A DNA stretch of 64,000 bases, from assembly GCA_048941285.1 (NCBI GenBank), contig JBHLNS010000003.1, forward strand, positions 32,001 to 96,000, read 5' to 3'. Source of the DNA: Promethearchaeota archaeon. GTDB taxonomy: Archaea; Asgardarchaeota; Lokiarchaeia; Sigyniarchaeales; SOKP01. Made by a program: the position numbers and the translations under genes. Below the pieces are notes generated by a model that ran no database searches, was not told the origin of the DNA, and saw nothing but the letters and a program-made list of their open reading frames with translations. Numbering within the stretch: the first letter of the stretch is position 1; each line of letters opens with the position of its first letter. This document shows positions 9,601 through 19,389 of this stretch, piece by piece.

Positions 9601-10231
9601 CTACAATTTCATCATTATAAAGAGATTTTGAAGTTTTGTAGATAAATTCTTCATAAAGAATATCATAAAAATCATCCATCTTATCATGAATTAAGGAGAT
9701 ATTTCTATAAATAAACTCAAAAAAGAATTGTGTTGGACTTTGGGTATTTTCTGTTGCTTCAAGTTTAAAAAATTTATTCATCTTATCAAATTGAGCTGAT
9801 AAAAACTCATAATTGATAATATTACTTCGAACTAATGTTTTCCATTCATCTATCACCTCCAATTTAAAAAGATCACTTTCTATTATTTCATGAATAACAA
9901 TTTGGATAATCTCTCTTTCTCTTAATTCATATGGGATAAAATTCAAGTAAGCCTCTCTGAGGAGGATAAATTCCAAAAATTTCAAATATTTATCTGAAAT
10001 ATCAATCTGAGTTTGATTATTTAGCAGTGTTCTACTTACACCAAGATTAAAGAAATCCTCTGAATATTCTTTTTGATCAATAGAAATATTAATTGTGACA
10101 TTTGGATTAATTGGAGCTAATCCTAAATAATTTTGAATTTCACTTAATAGGATAATGAATATATTGTTAATATCCTTAACTAAGAGGTCTTTTGGAGTAG
10201 TAATCAAAATATCTAAATTCAGAGTTTTCAT
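6617..10231 (-). CDS. Large hypothetical protein (1204 aa), possibly tandem Lrp/AsnC-like modules
   Basis: Long uninterrupted ORF with recurring segments resembling the Lrp wHTH-to-RAM junction (TIISPSFHVDFHKLD; YIKSIKFIPNFQAFKL; KNLIFPYISIKNLG). Confidence 0.6.
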   Translation of the reverse strand: MKTLNLDILITTPKDLLVKDINNIFIILLSEIQNYLGLAPINPNVTINISIDQKEYSEDFFNLGVSRTLLNNQTQIDISDKYLKFLEFILLREAYLNFIPYELREREIIQIVIHEIIESDLFKLEVIDEWKTLVRSNIINYEFLSAQFDKMNKFFKLEATENTQSPTQFFFEFIYRNISLIHDKMDDFYDILYEEFIYKTSKSLYNDEIVETIRILIKIFDQVKLFKKYIEFEDYFQKFKEEGLFSTDLSKRKFSENLRWINKYTIISPSFHVDFHKLDIALLISILKFHPILNQNDISNIIDKIPFLHNPVFVRNGFSTEVFNLVVIPRIYLKDLEKLIEKLKMHGYITNTDCYIWLEYNNFINLNYFREYLKGLNKIINPNHKDYDNRLELKFTSYYGKPQRLIRLNLLDWVIFERARQTSLTGFGFEQRVETLQSIKDELLNYIESERLLISNLKSSLNIFYEDPKLRKELLDFLETNQKFGFFYIEDTLQQTLVYLDLIENVIRQYPEINNLNKLQEFMKRHKISQSIEENLYLKNKDIQKIVFRDFFHHYFRNFEKFTVLKQKYYYFFNFFSSCKKLKIFNLDSMKEIVNNEEFPEKIYYTKEKKLKASFEKFKPYKITNQKLDSIFKRFIETDLIIPGLIKTIITSTFAKYHPILLLKDTLNVNIQLEKIIRFFPRVLLDRVRNSFNNDSYIILFIYFLNIKEKEMLTSILYNIFNKDLISFKRYFTSGLVPFVLIKDFYDFDKGEFFYTRDLFEQIFLYIQNLLGESFESLPVLKFTSQDKFWSKESNIFNLIKAVDNRISYEQPDFNLNRLNELRTLNENLTVSLLNTEKFKDLKQAPFFKTYIKSIKFIPNFQAFKLNQFFLYIHPSNVDEIDFKHLLINTFQSIKYPTNIDHTNSFLIKYIFPHGNPNMKHLNWYTKTKRIIKEYCLFFIKRVYQILNFNHNLKPNGWNYDSNHFKIYMQNILFNQLYQRESIKLNQFNIDPSSIPDQFNPYSFYFQALTEIYSWKSLDIKSFLGTQKYLMVKNFSELLKKNLIFPYISIKNLGFQDKIYIILPNVKAGLNQTIINIFNFFNYGFIYEIAGEFYIYGFNKEIKFENGLMIKLYFPQCELDEFLKLFNLLFEYLEIKYYIILTDLVNGMNLLKEIYGSLKFLDTYNPLINLKWNNKDKIWMNHKIFTKKFEKIYPDLLYRSAEGF

Positions 10232-10549
10232 AAGAATCCTATTATTTTTACCCCTTTTAATAATCTTTAAGTGAAAATAAATAAATACAATTCAATTCTT
10301 AATCCTCGTTAAAATATTACCCATAAAATATTTAAAAGTTTAGCATATTTAAAAGAATTTTTAATAAGAAGATCTTGATAATCCATTATTTTAATCAAAA
10401 AATAATGTCGGGAGAGTGCAGATAATTAGGTTTAATAAATTAATAAATTGTTAACATATTGTTTTTAATAAGTGAAATTCTTTAATTTAATTTAGGATTT
10501 ATATTAACTATAATAGTAAGATTTGGTAAATTAAAAGAGAGTATTAAAA

Positions 10550-11278
10550 TTGTACAAGCTTAAGATAAAAACTTTCATCCATCAAAATATACCTTATTCT
10601 TTTAACTGGAATAAAGAACACCATAAAGAAAAATACTCTCAAATTATTTCTAATCGCGATGAATTAAATAGGCTAAAGGTACATTTTAAAAGAATCTATG
10701 AGGGCGTGATCCCTAATAAACTATTTAATTCAAGAGAATTTCCAAGAGTCTCTCAATTTAAAATCAGAGGGCTTAAATCTTCTTTTATTAGAAGTTACAG
10801 CAAAAATCTAATTAGATCCGGCAAAATCCGATATTATGATGCTGAATCAAAATTACCAAAGTATGCTCAAAAAGTCTTTGAAAATTTTCAAGAAAATGAT
10901 ATTCCGGGAGTCCCTGGTCATGAACCAATTCTAAAAAACATTTTAATCAAGGATAAGGACGCAGTTGCAATAGAGGTTCCGATTTGGAAAAAAGATGAAA
11001 ATTTTGCGATTACTGGCCATATTGATTTAATTCAAATTGAAAATGATATTGTTAAAATAATTGATTATAAACCAGAGGGGAATTTCTTGCTTTCTCTCCC
11101 TCAGGTTGCCATGTATGGGTTTTTAGTTATGTCTAAATTAAACCTTACCAAAGTTAGATGTATTTCTTTTAATAAACGGGGAGCTTGGGAATATGAACCC
11201 AATATTTTAAAAGAAGATATAAAAGAATATTTGATCTCCCAGCATATAGAAAAACGCCCTTGGGAGCACTTTATTTAA
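10550..11278 (+). CDS. PD-(D/E)xK nuclease superfamily protein (RecB/Cas4-like core, no Fe-S cysteines)
   Basis: IEVPIW...TGHIDLI...IIDYKP...PQVAMYG motif series. Confidence 0.8.
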   Translation: MYKLKIKTFIHQNIPYSFNWNKEHHKEKYSQIISNRDELNRLKVHFKRIYEGVIPNKLFNSREFPRVSQFKIRGLKSSFIRSYSKNLIRSGKIRYYDAESKLPKYAQKVFENFQENDIPGVPGHEPILKNILIKDKDAVAIEVPIWKKDENFAITGHIDLIQIENDIVKIIDYKPEGNFLLSLPQVAMYGFLVMSKLNLTKVRCISFNKRGAWEYEPNILKEDIKEYLISQHIEKRPWEHFI

Positions 11279-11296
11279 ATCATTTAATAATTAAAC

Positions 11297-11566
11297 TTAT
11301 TTGCCTTTTGACTTAGAAACTTCCGTCTTTTCCTCTGTTTTCAAATATCCCCGGAGTAGATAATAACATAAAAGGATTGAGATAAGCTCGACAATAATAC
11401 TAACAAATGAAATGATTGGACCATTATATCCTAAATATCTTAAAAAAATGGCACATGCTAAACCACTAGATGCTAAAATCACAAGAAATAATGCTTTAAC
11501 TATCTGTGAAAAGGAACTTATTATATATCCAATTTCTTTTTTAATCCATGATAATACTGAAGCCAT
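11297..11566 (-). CDS. Small two-TM membrane protein
   Basis: Two hydrophobic helices and a charged tail. It is co-oriented downstream of the 801-aa gene. Confidence 0.65.
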   Translation of the reverse strand: MASVLSWIKKEIGYIISSFSQIVKALFLVILASSGLACAIFLRYLGYNGPIISFVSIIVELISILLCYYLLRGYLKTEEKTEVSKSKGK

Positions 11567-11694
11567 AAGAATCCAATATTTGTATCTAATTTTAGTAAAG
11601 TAAGGAAAGAATATTTTAATATGTTTTTTATTTCAAGATTAAATTTCAAAATAATATGTAAAAGAATTTAATCATATTATCTTCTTGAAGAGAA

Positions 11695-14085
11695 CTACTT
11701 TTTACTTTTAAACTTGGTGTACAATGCTTTATCTAGGAACTTTCCAATTTTTATAGCAACCTGATTACCAATTTCATATCTTTCTCCATCGAGTAATTCC
11801 TTCTTTTGTCCAGGAGAAGAAGCAATATTAAGCCTTTTCATTAAAATTTTTTCCGTAATATCAATAACCATTGCTTTAATCTTTCCATAATCAGGTAATT
11901 TAATACCTGGATCAAAATTTTTAATTTTATCTATCGCAAAGTTAAAAAATTCAGAGATTAATTCAATTGGGTCTCCTTTTAATTCACTATGAAGTTTAAT
12001 ATTGTCAGTGGCTATTTTCGTGTCTTTTTCCTGCCAGTATAATTGGTTTGGGTTAATTCCAGGACTATTAATTCTCATAAGAGAACTAGTGATTCTCCGT
12101 TCAATCCAGTTTAAAGTGCTTATTTCTTGAACTTCTCGGATTTTTTTAGCCTTCTCCTCTTTTATTTTCTCTTTAGTTTCAATTATACGTTCAACTTCCG
12201 CTTTACGACTTTCTTCGAATTTTTCAAATCTTTTAATTATATCATATCCAATACAATATGATATTGGAGAGATAATGTCAGATTTTAACTTTAATTCCGC
12301 AACATCTTGATATATTAAACTGACATTATTTCTTAATTCAGAAACTGCTTCTTTTAAAGAGCTTTCCATCACTCTTGCTAATATAAATCCATTAACTAGA
12401 AAAGGTTGGTTGTTGGCATCAAATACAGTAACTAATTCTTCTTGTCTTTTATTTAATCGCTTAATTATCAATTCCTCAAGTTTTATTTTTATCCACTCTT
12501 CTGAATCAGTAGTACCGTCAATTTTTTTTAATGCTAACAAAAATAAAGATCTATCATTGGATACCTTAGAATAAACTTCTATTATCCTACTAAGCTGTCT
12601 TAAAATCTTAGATAAAATATAGAAGAAAATGTCTTTTGCGATTCTGTTTATAATCTCTTCAAATTCTAAAATGAATAATATATGACTGTAATTTTTGAGT
12701 TGTAATTCACCTAAAAAGACTTTATCAATCGCTTGTTTTTTTCTAATGTACTGACGCAAGTTATTAATGTTTATTCCTGCTTTTTCTTCTAAAATTCTTA
12801 ATAAAGTTTGAGTTTTACTTGGATCTTGACTCAATATGTTTAATAAATCGAATTCGGAGATCTCTTCGGATTTATTTATAATTTCATTAATATCTTGGAA
12901 ACACCTCTCAGAAATGGCCTTTTTAGCTAAATATATTAAGTTTTGGTCAGCATCATTTAAAGATACTATATCTAACTTTTCTATATTGTATCTAACCAAA
13001 TTTCTTTTCACTTGGGCTGTAAGATCTTCATCAACATTTAATAGATGTAGAATGTTGAATACACCATATTTTTTTAGAGTATATATTATATCATCAAATC
13101 CACATTCATTTATACATTGTAGGAAGTAGATAAAATCATTCGGCTTTTCTTTAAGCTTTTTAATTAATGTAAATTTTAGAAAATTAAGGATCTTGATTTC
13201 AAACTGGTCATAATCGATTTTTTCCTCAAGGGCGCTTTCAATTTTATATATAAGATCTTTTTTAAGATTATTTGCTTCAATAAATACTTTTAATCCAGGT
13301 ATTGAAATGGGAAATTTGTTAAAATTATAGTCAATGACTTTTCTCTTTATCATTCTTACAGGCATTGCTTCAATTTGCAGTTCTTTATACGATTTAAATT
13401 CAAAATCTGTTCGGATTTTATCTATCAGTCTTTGTAAGGTTGCTAGTTCTATGAATTTATCTTCCTTTTCTTCCAATTCCAGTTTTTTCTCTAATTCAAC
13501 AGATATATCTCTAAAAGCAGCAGATTCTTCTAATATTTCTCTTTTAACTTCATTACCGAGACCTATTAAATCACCTATTAAATCATAAAAGTAGAATTGG
13601 GGATAATTTAATATGATTTCTTGCAGTTCCCTTTCAAAGTAATCTTCAAGATCTTTCAACATTCTTTGCTTTTGAATATCTTGGATTTCTTCCTTTCTTT
13701 CTGCGATCAAAAAAGAAATAAATCGATTTTCTAAGTCATTTATTTTGTTTAGAAGATTAATTTCTAAACTTAAGGAATTCTTTAATAGTGAATTAACCTC
13801 ATCTATAATAATTTCTTTTTCATTGAGTTCTAAACTTTTAGTTGAGTCGTATGTAAATTTATCCTTATCTGTAAGCTTCTGAACTCGGATTCCTAAACTG
13901 TGATAAATATGAATACTAGCAGTAGCAATCAGTAAATCATTAAAGCTAGTTTTCTGACTAACAAGCTCAAAGATTTTATTTTTGTCAGCTTCCCTTTTAA
14001 AATGTGAAATTATTAAATCAACGGTTTGAAAAAATCTAAATGTACTTTCAACTGCATCTTTTTTCCTTTTAACACCACTAATCAT
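11695..14085 (-). CDS. Large helical hypothetical protein (about 796 aa; likely start ATG 14085)
   Basis: Long ORF. ATG 14085 overlaps the upstream stop as ATGA. It has coiled-coil stretches and no recognisable catalytic motif. Confidence 0.7.
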   Translation of the reverse strand: MISGVKRKKDAVESTFRFFQTVDLIISHFKREADKNKIFELVSQKTSFNDLLIATASIHIYHSLGIRVQKLTDKDKFTYDSTKSLELNEKEIIIDEVNSLLKNSLSLEINLLNKINDLENRFISFLIAERKEEIQDIQKQRMLKDLEDYFERELQEIILNYPQFYFYDLIGDLIGLGNEVKREILEESAAFRDISVELEKKLELEEKEDKFIELATLQRLIDKIRTDFEFKSYKELQIEAMPVRMIKRKVIDYNFNKFPISIPGLKVFIEANNLKKDLIYKIESALEEKIDYDQFEIKILNFLKFTLIKKLKEKPNDFIYFLQCINECGFDDIIYTLKKYGVFNILHLLNVDEDLTAQVKRNLVRYNIEKLDIVSLNDADQNLIYLAKKAISERCFQDINEIINKSEEISEFDLLNILSQDPSKTQTLLRILEEKAGININNLRQYIRKKQAIDKVFLGELQLKNYSHILFILEFEEIINRIAKDIFFYILSKILRQLSRIIEVYSKVSNDRSLFLLALKKIDGTTDSEEWIKIKLEELIIKRLNKRQEELVTVFDANNQPFLVNGFILARVMESSLKEAVSELRNNVSLIYQDVAELKLKSDIISPISYCIGYDIIKRFEKFEESRKAEVERIIETKEKIKEEKAKKIREVQEISTLNWIERRITSSLMRINSPGINPNQLYWQEKDTKIATDNIKLHSELKGDPIELISEFFNFAIDKIKNFDPGIKLPDYGKIKAMVIDITEKILMKRLNIASSPGQKKELLDGERYEIGNQVAIKIGKFLDKALYTKFKSKK

Positions 14086-16388
14086 AATTCCTTCACCCAT
14101 TCCCTATATACTTCCTTAAAATTATCTGACAACTCGAACCGAGCATTATTATGCCAGAATCTGAAATCTAGCACATGATAAAGATCACTATTAAATAATT
14201 CTTTTTCTTCATTTGTTAAAATATGTTTTAAAATTACTGTTAACGGTCTCGGTACTAATTTTGAAAAATATTTAAGTTCTGTATTTTTTATATAATCATA
14301 ATACGTCTCATTCTCATCCAGATTTAAAAAGTTTAAAGGTAAAATATTTTCTGGTTGAGAATTTAGATTATTTAGATCATTTTTTATATTACTTTTCACA
14401 TAATTCGGAAATTCGGTATTAATATCAATACTCAGTTCATAATTTTTATAAAATTCAAACAACAAATTTCTCTCTTCTGGATTGGTTAGCTTTGCGATAT
14501 ATGTATCTAAAAAATTTAAGAAATTTTCGATTTTTTGCTCATTAGATTCTCTTTCTTCAAAATATCCTATAAAATCATAATAAACTTCGTCTAATGTCCA
14601 TGCCCTTTGTTCTTCTGGTCTTAGATACTTTTTAGAATAATCAATGATCCAATTTAGAACATAAAATTTCCATTCTAGATTGATTCCACCTATTCTCTTT
14701 TCTAAAAACCTGTGAAACCTATTTGAAAAGCTAACGGGGTCGCTAATTTCTTTATCAGGTTCTTCTTTTATATAGCGATTTATTGTAGAATGCCTTAAAA
14801 CGTAACTTAACAAATAATTTAATTCGGTTGAAAATTTCTTAAATTTTTCAATATGATTTTTTATGCTATGTATTTTAGATTCCATTTGAATTTCCGCAAA
14901 AGAGATTAAATCTTCTATTTTCAGATCAATATCATTAAAAAATGTATCAATACTCTTGTTAACTAGGAAATTAAACTCTTTTATTAGTTCGCTCTCATTA
15001 AATTTAAGATTTCTATTTAAAAGAAGTGGATGAGTTTCAATTTGGTTAAACAGAAATATCTTAAACTTATTTATTAGCTTTTGTCCTAGATTTTTTGCTG
15101 GTTTTTGTTCTAGGTTAAATTTTTCAAAGATTTTAATCATTAAATCTATTATTAGAGTTTTCAATCGTCGATATGAAAGATATCTTGGAAGAGATACTCT
15201 GATTAGATTAAGGCCTTTATTTATAATTTCTGAAAAGTAGCTAAAAACTGAGCTTAATTCTACTATTCTTAGACTCACTTTTTGAGTCATTGACTGCTTT
15301 ATAAACTTTTTTGCTATTTTCCAGATCGGATAAAAATCTATGCTTTCTAATTTTCCTTTATTCAATATAAAGTATTCAAATTTGTTTAATAAATCATCAA
15401 GATCCCCCATTTCCCCTGTGCTAAGAAAATTTTTAGAGTATTCTAGGAATTTATTTAAATGTGTCTCTAGATCAATTAAAAATGAATTTACATTAGAAAC
15501 AAACCATTCTGCCGTATGTGGTTCATTTATATTTTTTATTTTTAGTGTAATGTAATTAACTATGAATATAATTATTTCATCCAGAGATTCATCTATAGTA
15601 CCAGTATTTGCCAAATTGATTAGATTAGTTCCTAAATTTAATGTCTTATCAACAATAAAATTAACACTTGGCTCTGATATTGAGAATTTAAGATGCTCGA
15701 TTGCCTGTTGGCCACTGAAAGAAGTTTTTATTTTTTGAAATTTTGAATTATACAAATTAATTTCCATAGGCTTTTTATACCATATAAACTCAACATCAGA
15801 TACAATTCTAGCATAGGTGTTTAACAATTCTTCTTCAGTTGGTAAAGTTTTACTTATGCCAATTAACTTCTTGTTCCATTTGTCTTCAACTAGTTCTCCA
15901 TAAAGTTTCTTATTAAATCTCGAAGCAAAGTTATTATATATCTGTTTTTTATTTTCTTTATTTAATTCTGGACGATCAGAAAATTCTTCTACTTCAAAAA
16001 AAAGTTTACTTATATTATTCAAAGATTCTCTCGATTTGTGCATATCTAAAACACCAGTCTCTGGTTTCAAAGCAAGTAATAGACTTTCACAATCTTTATA
16101 TCCACCCGGCATGAAAATCATTGATTGTGGGTAAATATTTATCCGAGCACTCTTTTCATCAACATTGTATAAATCAAACTCAATACTGAATACTTCTGAC
16201 CCTGTATAATCTCTTAAAATTGCATTATACATAGTTAAATATTTAATAACTTCTTGAGATAGTTCATTTACTTTTTCTCTTGTAAGTCTTCCAGGACCAA
16301 TTACATCTCCAACAATCACATCATTTGGAGAAGAATAACCAAATATCAGAGAATACTGATAACTTATAAATTCGCGTGTTGTTATCAT
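14082..16388 (-). CDS. Large hypothetical protein (768 aa)
   Basis: Long ORF with an alpha/beta-looking N-terminus (YSLIFGYSSPND..GP) and a helical remainder. No family recognised. Confidence 0.7.
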   Translation of the reverse strand: MITTREFISYQYSLIFGYSSPNDVIVGDVIGPGRLTREKVNELSQEVIKYLTMYNAILRDYTGSEVFSIEFDLYNVDEKSARINIYPQSMIFMPGGYKDCESLLLALKPETGVLDMHKSRESLNNISKLFFEVEEFSDRPELNKENKKQIYNNFASRFNKKLYGELVEDKWNKKLIGISKTLPTEEELLNTYARIVSDVEFIWYKKPMEINLYNSKFQKIKTSFSGQQAIEHLKFSISEPSVNFIVDKTLNLGTNLINLANTGTIDESLDEIIIFIVNYITLKIKNINEPHTAEWFVSNVNSFLIDLETHLNKFLEYSKNFLSTGEMGDLDDLLNKFEYFILNKGKLESIDFYPIWKIAKKFIKQSMTQKVSLRIVELSSVFSYFSEIINKGLNLIRVSLPRYLSYRRLKTLIIDLMIKIFEKFNLEQKPAKNLGQKLINKFKIFLFNQIETHPLLLNRNLKFNESELIKEFNFLVNKSIDTFFNDIDLKIEDLISFAEIQMESKIHSIKNHIEKFKKFSTELNYLLSYVLRHSTINRYIKEEPDKEISDPVSFSNRFHRFLEKRIGGINLEWKFYVLNWIIDYSKKYLRPEEQRAWTLDEVYYDFIGYFEERESNEQKIENFLNFLDTYIAKLTNPEERNLLFEFYKNYELSIDINTEFPNYVKSNIKNDLNNLNSQPENILPLNFLNLDENETYYDYIKNTELKYFSKLVPRPLTVILKHILTNEEKELFNSDLYHVLDFRFWHNNARFELSDNFKEVYREWVKEL

Positions 16389-16806
16389 AATCTAATTTCA
16401 TTCACTTATATAATTGTTAAATTAATCAATTCAAAGGATAATTAACCTAGCTATAAACCTTTAAACTAAATTTATTGCCATGTTAAATATTTTAAGTTTA
16501 TAAAGTAATAAAATTTATTTTTGAATACTAAATAAAGTACGCGTTTAAAAATATTATAGAAGAAATAAGACATTTTTCTAATTAGTTATTCAATCTTTTT
16601 TTTTTAAACTAACCTAAATTCGATCTATGATTAAAAGAACAAGAGTGCTGAATCACATAATCCATAATTATGATGGCTCTCCAAGTTTTAGGTAATGATG
16701 CTCATAATTAAATAAAACTTTTAGTTTCGAAAATAAAAATATAATAAGATAAAAATTATTATATTTATAATAATAATAAAATCTAAAGCACAAAAGGTGT
16801 GGAGAT

Positions 16807-17211
16807 ATTCAATTTGGGTCTGACTTAGGAATCAACCAAGATGATATCGAAAAAATTAGTCCTCAAATTACTTTTATAACTTCAAATGCAGATATTGAGG
16901 CCATTGCCCTTGTATCTCAAGAAGGTTATCAAATAGCATTTAGTGCATTACCACAATATCATGTTGATGGAGATCAATTTTGTGGGCTCTCAAGTGCCTT
17001 ATTAATGACTGGAAGATCAACTATTCAGACATTATTTCAAGAAGATTTGAGTGAAATTATAGTTCGAGCACAAGATGGTTATATAGTGATTACAAATGCA
17101 GGTAGATTAGTAATTGTGTGTGCAGGAACTATTATTGATACTTTAATGAAAACTGTGAAAGTTATGAGGATTGCTGCTAAAAATCTTTATAAAATTTTCG
17201 AAGATCGCTGA
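16807..17211 (+). CDS. Roadblock/LC7 domain protein (134 aa, inferred ATT start; ORF track has only the last 68 aa)
   Basis: The frame is open upstream of ATG 17005 and reads IQFGSDLGINQDDIEKISPQITFITSNADIEAIALVSQEGYQIA...FCGLSSALLMTG...EIIVRAQDGYIVITNAG, a roadblock pattern. AGGTG lies 7 nt before the ATT. Confidence 0.8.
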   Translation: MQFGSDLGINQDDIEKISPQITFITSNADIEAIALVSQEGYQIAFSALPQYHVDGDQFCGLSSALLMTGRSTIQTLFQEDLSEIIVRAQDGYIVITNAGRLVIVCAGTIIDTLMKTVKVMRIAAKNLYKIFEDR

Positions 17212-17348
17212 TTTAATTTACTTTTTCAATAATTTAGCAGATTTTTCTAATATTATAATTCTCTAGACGTTTGAAAATCTTATTGGCCAAGAAAATCTTA
17301 AAATTAAAGCATCTTTTAATAATTAAAATTATTTTAATATGATCATTT

Positions 17349-18377
17349 TTGAATGCTCTTTCGATAATAATTCTTAGTTATTTATATGTTTACAGCATAA
17401 TTATTCTCTATATTACTTATTTAGCAAAAAAGAAAAGAGAAACTGGTGCTTATATAAATAATTTAGTCAATGCCTTAATTCTTATTATATCTCTCACAAT
17501 AAATGTAATTCTAATAAACATATTTAACCTCTATGACAGAGAATTCATTAACTTTCCCTTTAACATTTTAACGATTGCATTTATCTTATTTTTTTTACCA
17601 ATGTTTTATCTATTTATTTATCGAGAAAAATCTAAAATTAAAACCAACAAAAGAAGGAATAGGTACCTTGAATCTCAACAATTCACAGAACTACCTCTCA
17701 AATACGATATATATAGAAAATTAAGCCATTTTGTTGCATTAGGAATAATTTTTTTCTATTTTACTTTAGGGTTTATACTTCAAAACTTTTTAATAATTGT
17801 CGAAGGAGATATAATGATTTTTTCCCAGTCCTTAGTTGTCTTTTTAGTAATGATATCTTTGATAGGCCTTTTAACCGCTGATTTTATTCGGATATTAACG
17901 CCTAAATTTTATCCATTAAAACAAGTTAATCAAATATTAAGAGAAAAAGAACTACATATGAGGTTAGGCCCTCATATTTCTATGAGCATCGGATGTTTTT
18001 CAATAATTTTATTATTTGGCATAATTCAACCCATTGGGCCCATAATAATCTGTACTTCTATGGCAATGTCTATTTTTGGAGATGTTACAGCAAATTTAGT
18101 AGGACGAACTATAGGTAGCAGAAAGATTAGAAAAACAAACAAAACTTATGAAGGTTTGATAGGGGGTATAATTGCTGCCTTTTTATCAGGCGTGATTGTG
18201 TTATTAATATTAAGAAATTATTATAGATTCAGTATTTTAGGATTATTACTAATTCCTTTTATAGGAATATTAATAATTGGAATAATAGATTATTTGGATT
18301 TAGAGATTGACGACAATTTAACATTTAATTTTTGTGTATCGACAATATTATTTTTTTGTTCATTTTTAATATTATAA
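17349..18377 (+). CDS. CTP-dependent polyprenol/diacylglycerol kinase family membrane protein
   Basis: RKLSHF, FGD..A.LVG..IG..K....KTYEG and IDDNL motifs of the dolichol/phytol kinase family; polytopic. Confidence 0.8.
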   Translation: MNALSIIILSYLYVYSIIILYITYLAKKKRETGAYINNLVNALILIISLTINVILINIFNLYDREFINFPFNILTIAFILFFLPMFYLFIYREKSKIKTNKRRNRYLESQQFTELPLKYDIYRKLSHFVALGIIFFYFTLGFILQNFLIIVEGDIMIFSQSLVVFLVMISLIGLLTADFIRILTPKFYPLKQVNQILREKELHMRLGPHISMSIGCFSIILLFGIIQPIGPIIICTSMAMSIFGDVTANLVGRTIGSRKIRKTNKTYEGLIGGIIAAFLSGVIVLLILRNYYRFSILGLLLIPFIGILIIGIIDYLDLEIDDNLTFNFCVSTILFFCSFLIL

Positions 18378-18418
18378 GAGAATTATCATAAATTTTTTCA
18401 ATCAAGATAGTTTTTTTT

Positions 18419-18931
18419 ATGAAAATGTTAGAAGAAAAATTGAAAATTGATAAAATATCTAAGGGTACAGTTATTGATCATATAGATGCCGGATATGCTA
18501 TAACAATACTCAATCTTACTGGCTTGGATGAATCTAAAAATTTAATGACAATTGGGGTTAATGTTTTATCAAAAAAATATCAAACAAAAGATATAATTAA
18601 AATTGAGAATGTTTTTTTAAATGAAACTCAAATGCAACAAATATCTATATTATCTCCTAATGCTACAATTTCCCTAATTGAAAATTATAAAGTGATTGAA
18701 AAAAAAAAGGTGGAACTCCCCCAGATAATTAAAAAATTAATCTTATGTGTAAACCAAACATGTATTACTAATTCAGAAAAAGAGCCTATAGACACTGAAT
18801 TCTTAGTTTTAGAAGAAAAACCTTTAAAAATTCAATGCATTTACTGTGAACGTATATATAAATTAGAAGAAATCGTTTTCACTTCAAAAGAAAAGAAAGA
18901 AATGAAAGTAAAACAAAGAATTCAATTATAA
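18419..18931 (+). CDS. pyrI: Aspartate carbamoyltransferase regulatory subunit
   Basis: GTVIDHI, KDIIKIE, C.N..CITN and CIYCE zinc motifs. Confidence 0.95.
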   Translation: MKMLEEKLKIDKISKGTVIDHIDAGYAITILNLTGLDESKNLMTIGVNVLSKKYQTKDIIKIENVFLNETQMQQISILSPNATISLIENYKVIEKKKVELPQIIKKLILCVNQTCITNSEKEPIDTEFLVLEEKPLKIQCIYCERIYKLEEIVFTSKEKKEMKVKQRIQL

Positions 18932-18948
18932 AGAGAAATAAAATAATT

Positions 18949-19389
18949 CTATAAAAAAATTTCAAGAACAGAAGAAAAATTTGGAATAAAATTAAGTATT
19001 GTATGAAAAAGCACACCCACGATCATAAATAAGAAAAAAAAAATACCAATCCCTGGCTTTATAATATTCTTCCAATTCCACTCTTCTTTGTCGTATTCAT
19101 ATTTTAGAATATTAAAACTAACGATAAACGGGAATAAAAACCACCATAATAACATCCACATTAACATAAACCAACCAATTAATCCAAAAAATAAACGCCC
19201 TACAAATGCACTTAACGCTCCAGTAAGCGCTCGAATCCAATAAAGTTTTGTTTCTCTCTCAATTCGTAGATCAAATGATTTTAATGGTTTCTTTTCAACT
19301 TGAATTGATTGTTTTTTTTGTTCTTTCCTTTTCTCTTTTAAAAGGCGTTGTCTTCTTTTCTTAATATCTATCTTCTTGCGCTTTCCCAT
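18949..19389 (-). CDS. EMC6/Rab5IP-like three-TM membrane protein with basic N-terminus
   Basis: LYWIRALTGALSAFVGRLFFGLIGW and KPGIGIFFFLFMIVGVLFHT resemble the EMC6 TM1-TM3 pattern as recalled from eukaryotic EMC6. Confidence 0.55.
   Translation of the reverse strand: MGKRKKIDIKKRRQRLLKEKRKEQKKQSIQVEKKPLKSFDLRIERETKLYWIRALTGALSAFVGRLFFGLIGWFMLMWMLLWWFLFPFIVSFNILKYEYDKEEWNWKNIIKPGIGIFFFLFMIVGVLFHTILNFIPNFSSVLEIFL

Noticed and set aside
2665-11278. tRNA-integrated mobile element next to tRNA-Arg
   Set aside because: The region lies on the 5' side of the tRNA, and no integrase, transposase or duplicated tRNA 3' end was seen.
10550-11278. cas4 / CRISPR-Cas locus
   Set aside because: No Fe-S cysteines, no other cas genes, and no repeat-spacer array was seen in the window.
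16627-16700. Second C/D sRNA (ATGATTA...CTGA...ATGATGG...ATGA) or 22-aa ORF MIKRTRVLNHIIHNYDGSPSFR
   Set aside because: The boxes are degenerate, there is no terminal stem and no recognisable rRNA or tRNA target; the peptide has no motif.
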